Source: an uncultured Nitrospiraceae bacterium
Lineage (GTDB): Bacteria; Nitrospirota; Thermodesulfovibrionia; Thermodesulfovibrionales; SM23-35
NCBI GenBank assembly: GCA_963727775.1
Contig: CAVSHB010000001.1
Coordinates: forward strand, 1,376,001-1,440,000
DNA: 64,000 nt
Direction: 5' to 3'
The position numbers and the translations under genes were made by a program. Positions 19,378-32,981 of this stretch are shown here, piece after piece; the first letter of the stretch is position 1, and every line of letters starts with the position of its first letter. Below the pieces are notes generated by a model. That model saw only the letters and a list, made by a program, of their open reading frames with translations. It had not been told where the DNA came from and did no database searches.

Positions 19378-19710
19378 TTAAGCAGCAAGGAAAGTATCTA
19401 TTTTTGATTTCAGCTGTTGTTTCGGAACTACACCAACTATCTGATCAAGCTTGACGCCGCCTTTAAAAAACATGATAGTAGGTATCCCCATGATTTTATA
19501 TTTGCTTGCAATTTCGGAATTCTCATCCGTATTGAGCTTCATTACTTTAACTTTTCCGCTGTACTCTTTTGCCAATTCTTCAACGGTAGACGAAATCATT
19601 CTGCAGGGACCACACCACGCTGCCCAGAAATCGATCATAACAAGTGCCTGCTCCTTAATCACTTCATTTTCCCAATTGGCTGTTGTCGCCTCGATTATGC
19701 CTTCTGCCAT
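19378..19710 (-). CDS. trxA: Thioredoxin
   Basis: DFWAAWCGPC active site. Confidence 0.97.
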   Translation of the reverse strand: MAEGIIEATTANWENEVIKEQALVMIDFWAAWCGPCRMISSTVEELAKEYSGKVKVMKLNTDENSEIASKYKIMGIPTIMFFKGGVKLDQIVGVVPKQQLKSKIDTFLAA

Positions 19711-19855
19711 CAGAACCTCCTGTGATTCCCGTTAAAAACAGGGAATATTTATTTAATTAAATTATATTTATCGATAATAATCTTGTCAATGAATTTAGTA
19801 TCGCATAAATTTTATATATTTGACACTATCCTCTTCTTTCTGCTATTTTTTAACA

Positions 19856-20641
19856 ATGAAAAAGCGCTTACCTTTCTTAGTTTTTGTTCTTTTTTTGTTA
19901 TGTAATAATTCATATGGTTTTGATATAAAGGGGCTTCAACCTGTCGATCCGTACGGGGTATTTTCATCATTTAGCGCCCAGAGTCTCGCAAAAGGGAAGG
20001 CGGCGTTTTCTACCGGAGCTGAAATGTCCGTGTCCCCGGATTTTTACCGGTTTGTTTTCAAAAGCGCATACGGTATTACAGACAACGTCGAACTTAATGT
20101 AACGATACCTTATGTGCTCGGCGGTGCCGGTACTCCTGACGGGTTTGAAGACGCCTCCTTCGGGATTAAGCACAGGTTTTTTGAGGAGGGCAAGTACGGT
20201 CCGTCTTTGGCGTATATCCTGAGCGCCTCATTGCCTTCCGGCAGAGATGCTTTCAGCACTGAAGGAGCGTACGGCGCAGGGCTTATTATGAGTAAGAGAG
20301 TAGGCCCGGTTAACGGACATCTGAATCTCTTTTATATGAAACCGGGATCAAAAAGATTCGAAGATGAGGTGTCTTTTTTGGCGGGTCTGGACTTTGCGGC
20401 TGCGAACAATTTTAAGATTCTCGCTGAATTGTATTGCAGAAAAAGCTATTTTTCGGACAAGCTTGATTTAATGGAGGGAAGGATAGGGTATAGAATAAAG
20501 ACTACCGATTTCATATATACTACATTCGGCGCAGGGTGGGATTTTAAGAAAAGAAGCCCTGAAACAAGGGTCTTGTTTGCGGTTACTTTTTTGTCTCCGA
20601 AAGAAAAGAAAAAAATCGAAAGGATATACGAGGAGGAGTAG
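19856..20641 (+). CDS. Exported protein, probable outer-membrane beta-barrel/transporter-like
   Basis: Signal peptide from ATG 19856; alternating amphipathic strands with AYGITD and DASFGIKHRF patterns. Confidence 0.65.
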   Translation: MKKRLPFLVFVLFLLCNNSYGFDIKGLQPVDPYGVFSSFSAQSLAKGKAAFSTGAEMSVSPDFYRFVFKSAYGITDNVELNVTIPYVLGGAGTPDGFEDASFGIKHRFFEEGKYGPSLAYILSASLPSGRDAFSTEGAYGAGLIMSKRVGPVNGHLNLFYMKPGSKRFEDEVSFLAGLDFAAANNFKILAELYCRKSYFSDKLDLMEGRIGYRIKTTDFIYTTFGAGWDFKKRSPETRVLFAVTFLSPKEKKKIERIYEEE

Positions 20642-20646
20642 ACAAA

Positions 20647-21096
20647 ATGTTTGACATCGGCATGCCGGAGTTAATAGTAATATTTGTTGTCGCCCTCCTT
20701 GTTATTGGTCCCAAGAAACTTCCTGAATTGGCTAAAGGACTCGGCAAGGGACTCGGAGAACTTAAAAAAGTCCTGGATGATGTAAAAGAGTCGGTCGGGG
20801 AGGAATTCAAAGAGACTACCTCTGGCATACGCGAGGCGGTAACAGAAGTAAAGCAACAAATTGAGAGTGAGGTCAGGGAGACAGGGAAAACCTTGCAGGA
20901 GATAAAAGAACAGGTTGTGACTGAATCCGAAGAGATAAATAAAAACATAAGGGACACCGTAACAAATGCCGGCGAATCGAAGGACACCGGCTCTGAAGAA
21001 CAAAATAAAACGCCCGATGTTGTTAAAGACGACGGCAGTGCTTCAATAGATAAAGCAGACGGAACCCGGCATACTGACAGCAGCAAGCCTGTTTAA
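20647..21096 (+). CDS. tatB: Twin-arginine translocase TatA/TatB subunit
   Basis: MFDIGMPELIVIFVVALLVIGPKKLPELAK; lies upstream of tatC. Confidence 0.88.
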   Translation: MFDIGMPELIVIFVVALLVIGPKKLPELAKGLGKGLGELKKVLDDVKESVGEEFKETTSGIREAVTEVKQQIESEVRETGKTLQEIKEQVVTESEEINKNIRDTVTNAGESKDTGSEEQNKTPDVVKDDGSASIDKADGTRHTDSSKPV

Positions 21097-21140
21097 TATC
21101 AACAAATGATAATGTGGAAATGTCTGACGGCGGAGGTAAA

Positions 21141-21923
21141 ATGGCACAAACCAAGGTGATGTCTTTTTTTGAGCATCTCGGCGAGCTCAGAAAAAAGATC
21201 ATCATATCTTTGATTGCAATAAGTGTTATGTTTGTGGGTACGTTCAGTTACTCTGAATATTTCCTGAAATTTCTCATGTTTCCCCTAAGATATAATTTGG
21301 TTTTTTCCGTAAGAAAGATGTATATATACTTTGCTCCGCAGGACAAACTGAAAGACACAAAGCTCGTATTTCTAGCGCCTGCTGAAGGTTTCTGGATGAA
21401 CATGAAGATCGCACTGGTTGCCGCGCTGGTACTCTCTCTGCCGGTTATCTTTCAGCAATTGTGGGGTTTTGTCTCTCCGGGTCTGCACAGAAAAGAGAAA
21501 AAATATGTTGTCCCCTTCATACTTGTGGCAACTGCCCTTTTCCTTGTCGGTGATGCCTTCTGTTTTTTTATTGTATTACCGTTCGCCATGGATTTCCTTC
21601 TTACATACAAGGTAGGCGATTTTATGATGCCGATGCTATCTGTGGGACAATATACTGATTTCTGTCTCAAATTCCTCCTTGCGTTCGGTGTTGTTTTTGA
21701 GCTTCCGATCTTTATAATTTTTGCTACGCGCATGGGACTGGTCACTACGGAGACACTCGCAAAACACAGAAGATACGCCATCTTAATAGCCTTTATCGTA
21801 GCCGCTATCATTACTCCGACACCCGATGCCTTCAACCAAACCCTTATGGCCATACCGATGATAATTCTCTATGAAGTAGGCATTCTCGCGTCGCGCATCT
21901 TTGTCAGAAAGAAAGCTGAATAA
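21141..21923 (+). CDS. tatC: Twin-arginine translocase TatC
   Basis: MSFFEHLGELR, PGL...E, FELP, TPTPD motifs; GGAGG RBS before ATG 21141. Confidence 0.96.
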   Translation: MAQTKVMSFFEHLGELRKKIIISLIAISVMFVGTFSYSEYFLKFLMFPLRYNLVFSVRKMYIYFAPQDKLKDTKLVFLAPAEGFWMNMKIALVAALVLSLPVIFQQLWGFVSPGLHRKEKKYVVPFILVATALFLVGDAFCFFIVLPFAMDFLLTYKVGDFMMPMLSVGQYTDFCLKFLLAFGVVFELPIFIIFATRMGLVTTETLAKHRRYAILIAFIVAAIITPTPDAFNQTLMAIPMIILYEVGILASRIFVRKKAE

Positions 21924-22202
21924 ATGCCTACCATAAGGGGAAAGAGCCTCAAGGCTACCGCCTACGACGTAGCTGAGGGATATGTTGTTGTCAACCCGTT
22001 GTTTTTAAAATCGCTTGACGCAGAGTCACTTATGGGACTATACCATGAAATAATGAGATCCCAGATAGAAATAAGGACTGAGAAATTTCCGCTGGGAGAC
22101 CCCAGGGCGATCAGGTGGAGGAATACGAGACTCCAAAGGCTCAATTCCGCTCTCATGATTCTCAAAAACTTTGCCAGAGAGAGAAAGATAATACTTGTCT
22201 GA
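21924..22202 (+). CDS. Hypothetical protein
   Basis: ATG immediately after the tatC stop; protein-like composition. Confidence 0.7.
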   Translation: MPTIRGKSLKATAYDVAEGYVVVNPLFLKSLDAESLMGLYHEIMRSQIEIRTEKFPLGDPRAIRWRNTRLQRLNSALMILKNFARERKIILV

Positions 22203-22239
22203 GGTTTGACTCCCTGTCGAATCTGTGTTAATTTTAAGC

Positions 22240-23889
22240 ATGGAATTATCTGAAGATATCAAAGAGGCACGGGACATTCTCCAGAATATTATCAAGGCAA
22301 AAAAGAACCTTAGGATGTATCCTGAAAATAATCCTATTTACGTGAAGACACTGGAGGATTCTTATTCAAGGTTCAATGCCTTCTTTGATTACAGGGACAG
22401 CTTGGCCTTAAAGATAAAACAAAACAGTATTTATTTTGATTCAGAACAGCTCTATTACAACCCTGAAAAAGAAGACAATCTGGCCCTTTTCTTTTTTAAA
22501 GACGGTTTAAGGGAAATAATATTCAATAAGGGGTTGCTTCAGAACGAGCTTGAAGAATTTTTGAAGATTGTTGCTTTGGACTTTGACAGGGAAACAGTCG
22601 ATGACGATGTTGTTACACTTTTATGGGAAAAGGATTTTCAGAATATACGGTACGTTGTAGAGGAGGGTTTTCTTGTAGATCTTGATGTAGAAGAATTTGA
22701 AAAGCAAGTAGAGGAGAAAGTAACAGAAAAAGTCACCGATGTAGATGATCTTATGAAGGCATACGCCGACGGTTTCATAGGAGAAGATGTCAACAGCATA
22801 TCGATTGTGCCGTTAGCTGACAAGGACCTGCAAACGCTTGTAAAAGAGCTGGAAAAAGATGCAACGGATAAGATAGAAAAGCTGGTCACTATCATTTTTG
22901 AACTCATTTATCAGGCTGAGGACAGGAGCGACATAGAAGACTCTTTTACGTTCCTGAAAGATGCCGTTAAGTACTCCGTGGCGCACGGGGAATTGAGTAC
23001 TCTGCTGAATGTGATGAAAAAGAACCAAGAGGTACTTCAGGACCCGACAATTAATGAAAACGACAAAAAATATCTGAAAATACTTCCCCAATATCTCGGG
23101 ACGGAAGAGATCGTAAGCCTTATAGCCGAGATCCTTGACAGCAGCATAGAGGTGGATGAAAAAGCTTTTGAAGAACTCACCGGGTTTCTTGACAAAAATG
23201 CAATCGGTCCGCTTATAAAATATCTCGGTGAATTGAAGACAATCCGCGCAAGAAGATTTGTGATCGATGCGCTTAGTATTATAGGCAGAAAAGACATAAA
23301 AACGCTTGCAAGGGGACTTGATGACGAGAGATGGTATGTAATTAGGAATATTATCTATATTCTGAGAAAGATAGGGGACAAGAGGGCTGTCGAATATCTC
23401 CTGAAGACCGTCAGACACGGAGATATAAGAGTAAGGAAGGAAGTCATTAAGACCCTCGGTGAACTTGGCGGGAGGGAGGTCGTGCAGACCCTGAAGGAAT
23501 ATCTCAATGATCCTGACATGCAGGTGAGGATTGCGTCTGCAAAGGCCTTTGCAGCGATCGGATCGGAGGCCGCAAAAAAAATTCTCTTTGATTATATCTC
23601 TGACAAGACGTTTAAGGAAAAAGATTTTGAAGAGAAGAAAGAAATATTTGAGGTGCTTTCGAGGTGGAAAGACGACGATGTGTTTGAGTTTCTCATTAAG
23701 ATACTTAAGACAAAATCTTTCTTCAGCAGGGCAAAGATTACTGAAAATAAGGCATGCTCAGCGTTATGTCTCGGCCTTCTGGGAAATAAAGATGCCCTGC
23801 CTATGCTTCACAAACTGGCGGACTCCAACAATAATCTTTTGAGGGAATTTGCATACACTGCAGTTAAGAGACTTGAATATGGAAAATAA
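22240..23889 (+). CDS. HEAT-repeat protein
   Basis: HEAT/PBS units (LDDERWYVIRN, DIRVRKEVIKTLG, DPDMQVRIASAKAF); start placed at ATG 22240 downstream of a promoter. Confidence 0.88.
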   Translation: MELSEDIKEARDILQNIIKAKKNLRMYPENNPIYVKTLEDSYSRFNAFFDYRDSLALKIKQNSIYFDSEQLYYNPEKEDNLALFFFKDGLREIIFNKGLLQNELEEFLKIVALDFDRETVDDDVVTLLWEKDFQNIRYVVEEGFLVDLDVEEFEKQVEEKVTEKVTDVDDLMKAYADGFIGEDVNSISIVPLADKDLQTLVKELEKDATDKIEKLVTIIFELIYQAEDRSDIEDSFTFLKDAVKYSVAHGELSTLLNVMKKNQEVLQDPTINENDKKYLKILPQYLGTEEIVSLIAEILDSSIEVDEKAFEELTGFLDKNAIGPLIKYLGELKTIRARRFVIDALSIIGRKDIKTLARGLDDERWYVIRNIIYILRKIGDKRAVEYLLKTVRHGDIRVRKEVIKTLGELGGREVVQTLKEYLNDPDMQVRIASAKAFAAIGSEAAKKILFDYISDKTFKEKDFEEKKEIFEVLSRWKDDDVFEFLIKILKTKSFFSRAKITENKACSALCLGLLGNKDALPMLHKLADSNNNLLREFAYTAVKRLEYGK

Positions 23890-25279
23890 TGACAAAGAAT
23901 TACACAAGAGCGCACAGGACATCATCAACCAGTTATCTGTTATCTTGAGGACAGCCCAAATACACGACCCTGGAAATATTGCCGTAATAACGTCTATTGA
24001 AAAATTTATATTGTTGATTAACGATCTTTTATCCGGGGAAAGGTCTATAGTTCTTGAGCTTAAGGGAGAGTTTTTTTATATCAACGATATCAGGATACGT
24101 TATTCGCTCGAATATCTCCTTAACTTTGATTTCCTCATCAGGGAATTCAAGAAAAGAGAGATCGGCACAGTCACTTTTAAGGGAGCTATTAAACCCGCAG
24201 ATGTCCAGCTGTTCCTGAAGGCCTTCATTGCCGCCGGGTTTTCCGATACGCCATACGACAAAATCTCGAATATTATGACGGAATCAAGGAATATCGATGT
24301 TGACAGACTAAAGAGATTAGCTGAAGGCGAAGAAGTGGATAACAGGAAAGTCGTAAAAAGGGCGTATTATAATGCCGTCTCATATTCAAAAGGTGTTATG
24401 ACGAAGATTAAGTCCGGGGAGAAGATCAATGTAAGGAAGGCGAAGAGGATTGTGGAATCAATGGTTGACCAGCTCCTCGAGGAAGAAAAACTTCTCCTTG
24501 GAATGACCGCGATTAAGAATTATGATGAATACACTTACTATCATTCCGTAAATGTCAGCATCTTGTCGATAGCGCTCGGGCAGAGGCTTGGGCTGAGCAA
24601 AAAGATGCTTACAGAACTCGGCCTGGTTGCATTTTTCCACGATATAGGAAAGATTGAGATACCCAGTGAGGTGCTGAACAAATCAACGAATTTTAATGAA
24701 GACGAATGGAAACTTATAAAAAGGCATCCTGTCTGGGGAGTTAAGGCAATATTGAAGCTGAGAGGGCTGGACATAACTTCAATAAGATCGGCAATCGTTG
24801 CCTTTGAACATCATATCAACTTTGACCTTTCGGGGTATCCCAAGGTCGGGAAATATCCTGAACTTGATTTTTATTCAAAGATAGTGAGTCTTGTGGACCA
24901 GTATGATGCGATGACTTCATCAAGAGTCTATTCGAGGATCCCTTTGTCTCCCGATAAGGCTCTGAGTGTTATGATGGAAAGAGCGTCTACTCAGCTTGAC
25001 CCTCTCCTGTTTAAGTTTTTTATCAATATGGTGGGTGTCTTCCCGATAGGGACACTCGTGATGCTTGATACAAAAGAACTCGGTCTTGTTTATGAGAGTG
25101 ATGTGGTTTTTGCCGACAGGCCCAGGGTTCTTATTATTATAGATAAAAAGGGGCAGAGGGTAAACGGCCCGGTAGTGAACCTTACTGAAAAAGACGAGAC
25201 AGGGAAATATTACCGGTCCGTAGTGAAAACCCTTGATCCCAACAAGTATAAGATAAACCTCGCAGAATATCTTATGTAA
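23879..25279 (+). CDS. HD-GYP domain cyclic-dinucleotide phosphodiesterase
   Basis: YTYYHSVNV, FHDIGK, EHHINFDLSGYP, DQYDAMTSSRVY. Confidence 0.92.
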   Translation: MENNDKELHKSAQDIINQLSVILRTAQIHDPGNIAVITSIEKFILLINDLLSGERSIVLELKGEFFYINDIRIRYSLEYLLNFDFLIREFKKREIGTVTFKGAIKPADVQLFLKAFIAAGFSDTPYDKISNIMTESRNIDVDRLKRLAEGEEVDNRKVVKRAYYNAVSYSKGVMTKIKSGEKINVRKAKRIVESMVDQLLEEEKLLLGMTAIKNYDEYTYYHSVNVSILSIALGQRLGLSKKMLTELGLVAFFHDIGKIEIPSEVLNKSTNFNEDEWKLIKRHPVWGVKAILKLRGLDITSIRSAIVAFEHHINFDLSGYPKVGKYPELDFYSKIVSLVDQYDAMTSSRVYSRIPLSPDKALSVMMERASTQLDPLLFKFFINMVGVFPIGTLVMLDTKELGLVYESDVVFADRPRVLIIIDKKGQRVNGPVVNLTEKDETGKYYRSVVKTLDPNKYKINLAEYLM

Positions 25280-25304
25280 TTTACCGCGTCTAACGCCTCT
25301 TTAT

Positions 25305-25913
25305 ATTAATTAAATTATATACCCCGCTGTCTCTGCGGGGGGGAAACCGTGAAGCCCCTTTTGAAAAGGGGGTTTGGGGGATTATAATGCTGTTACAATG
25401 GAACTGGGAAAGAGGCCTCATGCGGTCTATAAGATTCGATACCATTTGGTGACTGCTGTAAAGTACCGTAAGGTTTTGTTGAATGAGGAAGTTGAGAAAT
25501 GTATCAGAGAGACAATGAGGGGAATTACTGAACGGTACAATATTGTAATCGATGAAATTGGATTTGATGAGGATCATATACATATCTTCTGCGGTGCTCA
25601 ACCGCAATATAGCCCGAGTCAGGTGCTGAACGTAATTAAGTCGATAACGGCGAAACGAGTATTCGAAGAATTTCCGAAGATGAAGAAAGTAGAATTGTGG
25701 GGTGGAGAATTCTGGAGTGACGGCAAGGACATAGGAACGGTCGGGGATGCAACAAATGAAGAAGTGATTAAGCGATACATAAGGAATCAGACTTTGGATA
25801 AGTCTGAAATAGAGCGGCGCACAGGTCAGCTAAAACTGTTCAAAATTTAAAGATGCCATCGCTGGTGAGAGTTTTCCGAGATACCCCGCCGTCTCTGCGG
25901 CGGGGAGGTTCAT
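25305..25913 (+). mobile_element. IS200/IS605-family element, tnpA only (ends approximate)
   Basis: Related subterminal hairpins ATACCCCGCYGTCTCTGCGGSGGGGA at ~25319 and 25881 flank a Y1 transposase; right end ...GGTTCAT; lies between convergent genes. Confidence 0.85.
25398..25850 (+). CDS. tnpA: IS200-family HUH Y1 transposase
   Basis: YHLV.AVKYR, DHIHIF (HUH), LWGGEFWSDG, KRYIRNQ (catalytic Tyr). Confidence 0.95.
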   Translation: MELGKRPHAVYKIRYHLVTAVKYRKVLLNEEVEKCIRETMRGITERYNIVIDEIGFDEDHIHIFCGAQPQYSPSQVLNVIKSITAKRVFEEFPKMKKVELWGGEFWSDGKDIGTVGDATNEEVIKRYIRNQTLDKSEIERRTGQLKLFKI

Positions 25914-25937
25914 TGCCTTGGCCTTGGCCCCGTTTTA

Positions 25938-28112
25938 TCAGTACCACATCATCGCCTCGAAATCAGCTGTCGGAACAGTCAGCGCGATATGTCCCCTCCA
26001 GGGACAGCGTTCTATCTCTTCGCCATTCGTTATAACAGAAACCGACAGGTTGATTTCATCTTTTTCCCCGGCATTCAAATCAGAGAAGGGAAGCTTGATC
26101 TCAAATATATCCTGGACCGCAATATCAGTAATGTCTTTTATCTTTTTCCATTCGCCGTCTGTCTTTGTCAGAAGTTCCGCAATTAATAAAGGCTTGATCG
26201 AAACGGCGATCTTTATCTGTGAAGGTTTTGCCAGATTAACAGAAAAGATGATATTATCCGGTAATTCACTGAAAGGGACCGCCGGATCCAATCTCAAATA
26301 TAAGTTGTCTTTGTTGAACCCGTAGTACAGGCCAGACAGAATGCTTTCCGCCTTATGCATGCTGCCGCCGGCTTTCTTGATGTCCATGTGCGCGCTCTGG
26401 TACCATTCATAGTAGCTTGTCACGAAACCGTCTATTCTGGGTTCTACAAATCCTCTTATGGTGACCGTTGGGGAAATGGTCCTGTCTTCTTTCAAAACAG
26501 GGACGTATAGATACTGGGGTACCTCTTTGCCTATCTCCGTATATACTTTAATGAGGTTAAGCCTGAAGAGCTCGTCAAAATCCTTCTGGGTATCGGTCGT
26601 ATGGTCATCACCATACCACCAGTTCCAGTCGCTCCCCTCAGCTATATAAACGGCTTTCCATGCCTCCGACAGATCTTTTTCAGGATTCATTTTCTGAAAT
26701 ACGGCGAGGTCATTACGTGTATTTGTCAGATAATCCCATGCGGTGTTGTCCTCCTCATGCCCGATCCATACGCCGTAATTGGCATAAATCCAGGAGCCTG
26801 CATGGAGCCTGTTGAGTGGGGCGCCCTTATCGTTTTCATTGAGGTATTCAGATACGGTGACCGTCTGCAATCTTTCTTCCTTTGATAATCCTTCGTATAA
26901 GAAGCTCAGAAAATCGTGACCGTCATTTTTAAAGTATTCCCATGCATTCTCCCCGTCGAGTATTATGGACAAGAGGTGAGGTCTGTTCGTTTTTATAGAA
27001 GCCCGCACCTGAAGCAGTTTATTGATAAGGTCATCCGCAGCTTTCTTCGCGTCCCATTTTGAATACACAAAACCTATGAGATCGGACAAAACATGGTCCC
27101 TGAAAATTATTGATACATTTTCAAATATATGGGGGCTGTACAGTATTTCAGGATCAAGGAGGTTCCTCGATGCATCTCTGAGTTGTTTCCCTGTGGAAAT
27201 GGAAAGGATGTCCTCGTCTGTGCCGATCCACTTAATACCGGCTGCGGAAGCTATTTTCAGTACCTCTTCACTGACCGAGCCTTCCGAAGGCCACATCCCA
27301 TGGGGACGGTGGCCGAAGATTTTTTCGAAATAGTCGATGCCCATCCGTATCTGTTTCTCCGCATCTTCAGGATGTGAAAATCTGTGTTGAGGAAGTCTTA
27401 CTTCAGGCATAGCAACCCTTGCGATATTTGTGTCGCAAAGCAATGGAAGAATAGGGTGATAAAAAGGAGACACGGAGAGTTCGATATGCCCTTTTTCAGC
27501 AAATTCGCGATATCGTGGTATTATCTTTTTTAAAACGGCGAATTGTTTTTCAATGAGTGTATTCTTATCGTCTTCCGTATAGTCTCTGCCTTTTTTGACA
27601 AGCGTTGCAAGAAAAGGGTCACCAGTTCTGAACATAGGGTCTATCCAGCAGAGGTTGAAGAGTACCTGAAGGTCGAGGAAATCGCCGTCACTGAAATATC
27701 TTATTGACCGTTCAAGATCGGTTTTAGCAAGATGCAGACCTCTCTTTGTAAGAAGTTCATAGTATCTCGGAAACGGCTTTATCATGTTGTCCCAGTTTGC
27801 AAGGAAGAAATTTTCGAGTATAAACATCTTCTCTGTCTTGTTCAGTTCCACGGCTCTTTTGAGACTGAGTTCGAGGTATCGGTCCTTTGCATTGTCTTCC
27901 GTATAATCCGTGATCTGCTCAAGGAGTGAAGGGGTAAAATTAAATGTCTGTTTTATGTCCGGAAAATCAGCAAGGATCTCGGCCATATCCAGGTAGTCTT
28001 TTGTCCCGTGAAGCCTAACCCAGGGAAGCCTGTAAAGGCCTGTGGCAGGGTCTTTGTAAAACGGCTGGTGCATGTGCCAGAGGAAAGAGATATAGAGCGG
28101 CCTATCTGTCAT
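25938..28112 (-). CDS. Glycoside hydrolase family 57 (amylopullulanase-like)
   Basis: WHMHQP, PWVRLH, HPILPL, WPSEG (nucleophile), LDGENAWE (acid/base), AEGSDWNWW. Confidence 0.93.
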   Translation of the reverse strand: MTDRPLYISFLWHMHQPFYKDPATGLYRLPWVRLHGTKDYLDMAEILADFPDIKQTFNFTPSLLEQITDYTEDNAKDRYLELSLKRAVELNKTEKMFILENFFLANWDNMIKPFPRYYELLTKRGLHLAKTDLERSIRYFSDGDFLDLQVLFNLCWIDPMFRTGDPFLATLVKKGRDYTEDDKNTLIEKQFAVLKKIIPRYREFAEKGHIELSVSPFYHPILPLLCDTNIARVAMPEVRLPQHRFSHPEDAEKQIRMGIDYFEKIFGHRPHGMWPSEGSVSEEVLKIASAAGIKWIGTDEDILSISTGKQLRDASRNLLDPEILYSPHIFENVSIIFRDHVLSDLIGFVYSKWDAKKAADDLINKLLQVRASIKTNRPHLLSIILDGENAWEYFKNDGHDFLSFLYEGLSKEERLQTVTVSEYLNENDKGAPLNRLHAGSWIYANYGVWIGHEEDNTAWDYLTNTRNDLAVFQKMNPEKDLSEAWKAVYIAEGSDWNWWYGDDHTTDTQKDFDELFRLNLIKVYTEIGKEVPQYLYVPVLKEDRTISPTVTIRGFVEPRIDGFVTSYYEWYQSAHMDIKKAGGSMHKAESILSGLYYGFNKDNLYLRLDPAVPFSELPDNIIFSVNLAKPSQIKIAVSIKPLLIAELLTKTDGEWKKIKDITDIAVQDIFEIKLPFSDLNAGEKDEINLSVSVITNGEEIERCPWRGHIALTVPTADFEAMMWY

Positions 28113-28427
28113 ATTGAAAGATAAGCTCACCGGGCTTTGCTAATCCATAGTCCTCCCGCGCATGCTTTTCTTTATAATAGGGGTCTTCCTTTATTGATGT
28201 TATCTGTGATTTGAGCTGCTTGTTCTCCTGTTCTATATCTTTTATCTGGGCCTCTAAACGGACCTTTTTCTTGTAAAGGTTTTTATATTTGAGGAGGCCC
28301 AGATCGCCGAATATCAAGCTTATAAACAGAAAGATAAAACTCAGGGAAATAACAGTCATGAAAATGAGCTTTCTTTTCCTGATCTCGGAGGCTACCTGTT
28401 TTCTTAAAAGATTACCCGGGTTACCCA

Positions 28428-28428
<1 letters not shown>
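28102..28428 (-). CDS. ftsB: Septum formation initiator FtsB/DivIC family
   Basis: Single TM, coiled coil, EKHAREDYGLAKPGE; follows eno. Confidence 0.88.
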
Positions 28429-31077
<2,649 letters not shown>

Positions 31078-31094
<17 letters not shown>

Positions 31095-32463
31095 GGATGG
31101 CTTCACCGTGGACATCTTCTGCCGCTTCCGCCAGAGTTTCCGAAAGAGTAGGATGGGCGTGTATTGTTTCAGCAATGTCTTTTGCTGTAAGGCCGTGCTT
31201 TATAGCAAGGACTGCTTCATGAATAAGATCAGAGGCATGCGGTCCGATGATGTGCACACCCAATACCCTGTCCGATGATTGATCGGCCACTATTTTGATG
31301 AGTCCTTCGATCTCGCCGAGTATATGCGCTTTTGCCGAAGCTCTAAACTGGAAATGCCCTGTCCTTATCTTGAGCCCATTTTCCTCCGCCTGTTGTTCTC
31401 TAATCCCTACTGAGGCGATCTCAGGTGATGTAAATATCGCGGCAGGGACAACCGTGTAATCCATAATATCGTTTCCTCCCATTATATTCCTTGCAGCGAC
31501 GATCCCCTGTCTTGAGGCGACATGAGCAAGCAACAACCCGCCGGTGACATCCCCTATGGCGTACACGCCGGGGAGGTTTGTCTGCATCTTTTCGTCGACG
31601 ATGATCTCACCGCAGACACCCTTCAGTACGCCTGTCTCTTCCGTTCCTATCCCGGCGCTGTTAAAAATCCTTCCTACGGATACGAGGACCTTCTCGGCAA
31701 CAATTTCCTTTCCGTCCGTAAGCAGGACATGAACCCCGTCGTTTTTTATATCTACTTTTTCAGCTTTGACACCTGTGTGTAATTTTATCTTTTTCTTTTT
31801 TAATTCTCTTTCAAGTAGCTCCGATATCTCACTGTCTTCCGTTGCGACCGCCCTCGGCAGCATCTCGACCATCGTTATTTCAGAGCCGAGTTCTTTGAAG
31901 ATAAATGCGAACTCGCAGCCGATAACCCCTGCCCCTATGATGAGAATGCTTTTTGGTATTTTCTGTAGTTTGAGAATATCATCGCTGGACAGTATTTTAT
32001 TGCCGTCGAAAGGGAAGGCAGGTATCTCTGAAGGCCCCGATCCTGTCGCTATTATTATCGTATCAGACTCTATCTTTTCCTTGAGGCCTTCTTTTGATGT
32101 AAACAGTATGTCGCGGGGGGAAGTTAATATTCCGCGCCCCTCTTTGACGGTTATACCCCAGCTTTTAAAAAGGTTTCTTATCCCTTTTACCTGGGTGTTT
32201 ACGATCCGGTCTTTTCTCTCCAAGATTACGGAAAAATTCGGGAGTATTTCACCCTTAAGTTCGATTCCATAATCATTCAATTTCCGTGCTTTGGCCAACA
32301 CCTCGCATGAAGCGACAAGCGATTTTGTAGGTATGCATCCCCGGTTGAGACACGTGCCGCCGACTTCATTTTCTTCGATTACGGTGACCTGTGCGCCTAA
32401 CTGAGCAGCCTTAAGCGCGGCAACGTACCCGCCGGGACCCGATCCAAGTACGGACAATTTCAT
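31078..32463 (-). CDS. lpdA: Dihydrolipoyl dehydrogenase
   Basis: GSGPGGY, GGTCLNRGCIPTK, GAGVIG, HAHPTLSE. Confidence 0.97.
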
Positions 32464-32846
32464 TTTGCTTCTTCTTCGACATATTTGGTATATTCTGCAG
32501 CATCCATAAGATCGTCAATCTCCGAGGAGTCATCAACCTCGATAACAGATATCCATCCTTTGCCGTAAGGGTCGTCATTCATTATCTCGGGAGATTCTGA
32601 AAGGTCTTCGTTTACATCCATAACCCTTCCGCTCACAGGTGAGATAATTGATGAGGTCGCTTTAGTAGACTCGATTTCTCCGATCTCGCTGTTAACTTCC
32701 ACATCCGTTTCAACCTCCGGCAAATCAATATAGACGATATCTCCGAGTGCATCCTGAGCATAATCGGTAATGCCTATTGTCGCTTTTTTGCCCGATACTC
32801 TTACCCACATGTGTTCCTTATGGTATTTGAGATCATCTGGATTCAT
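32460..32846 (-). CDS. gcvH: Glycine cleavage H / lipoyl carrier protein
   Basis: GITDYAQDALGDIVY, lipoyl-Lys in ESTKAT, DPYGKGW. Confidence 0.93.
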   Translation of the reverse strand: MNPDDLKYHKEHMWVRVSGKKATIGITDYAQDALGDIVYIDLPEVETDVEVNSEIGEIESTKATSSIISPVSGRVMDVNEDLSESPEIMNDDPYGKGWISVIEVDDSSEIDDLMDAAEYTKYVEEEAK

Positions 32847-32981
32847 TTATCCCTCCTTTAAAATTATACAACTCCAAATTTCTTATCATAGGTTTTTCTG
32901 CTTTGTCAAGGAATTGATTCGCTTGACAGTTTTTTCTCATAGTTTTTATAATTATATAACTTTTTATTATGATCTTTAAGA

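Noticed and set aside
32460..32846. LbpA-type lipoate-binding protein of sulfur oxidation
   Set aside because: Has no Cys residues and no sHdr genes nearby; canonical GcvH is the simpler call
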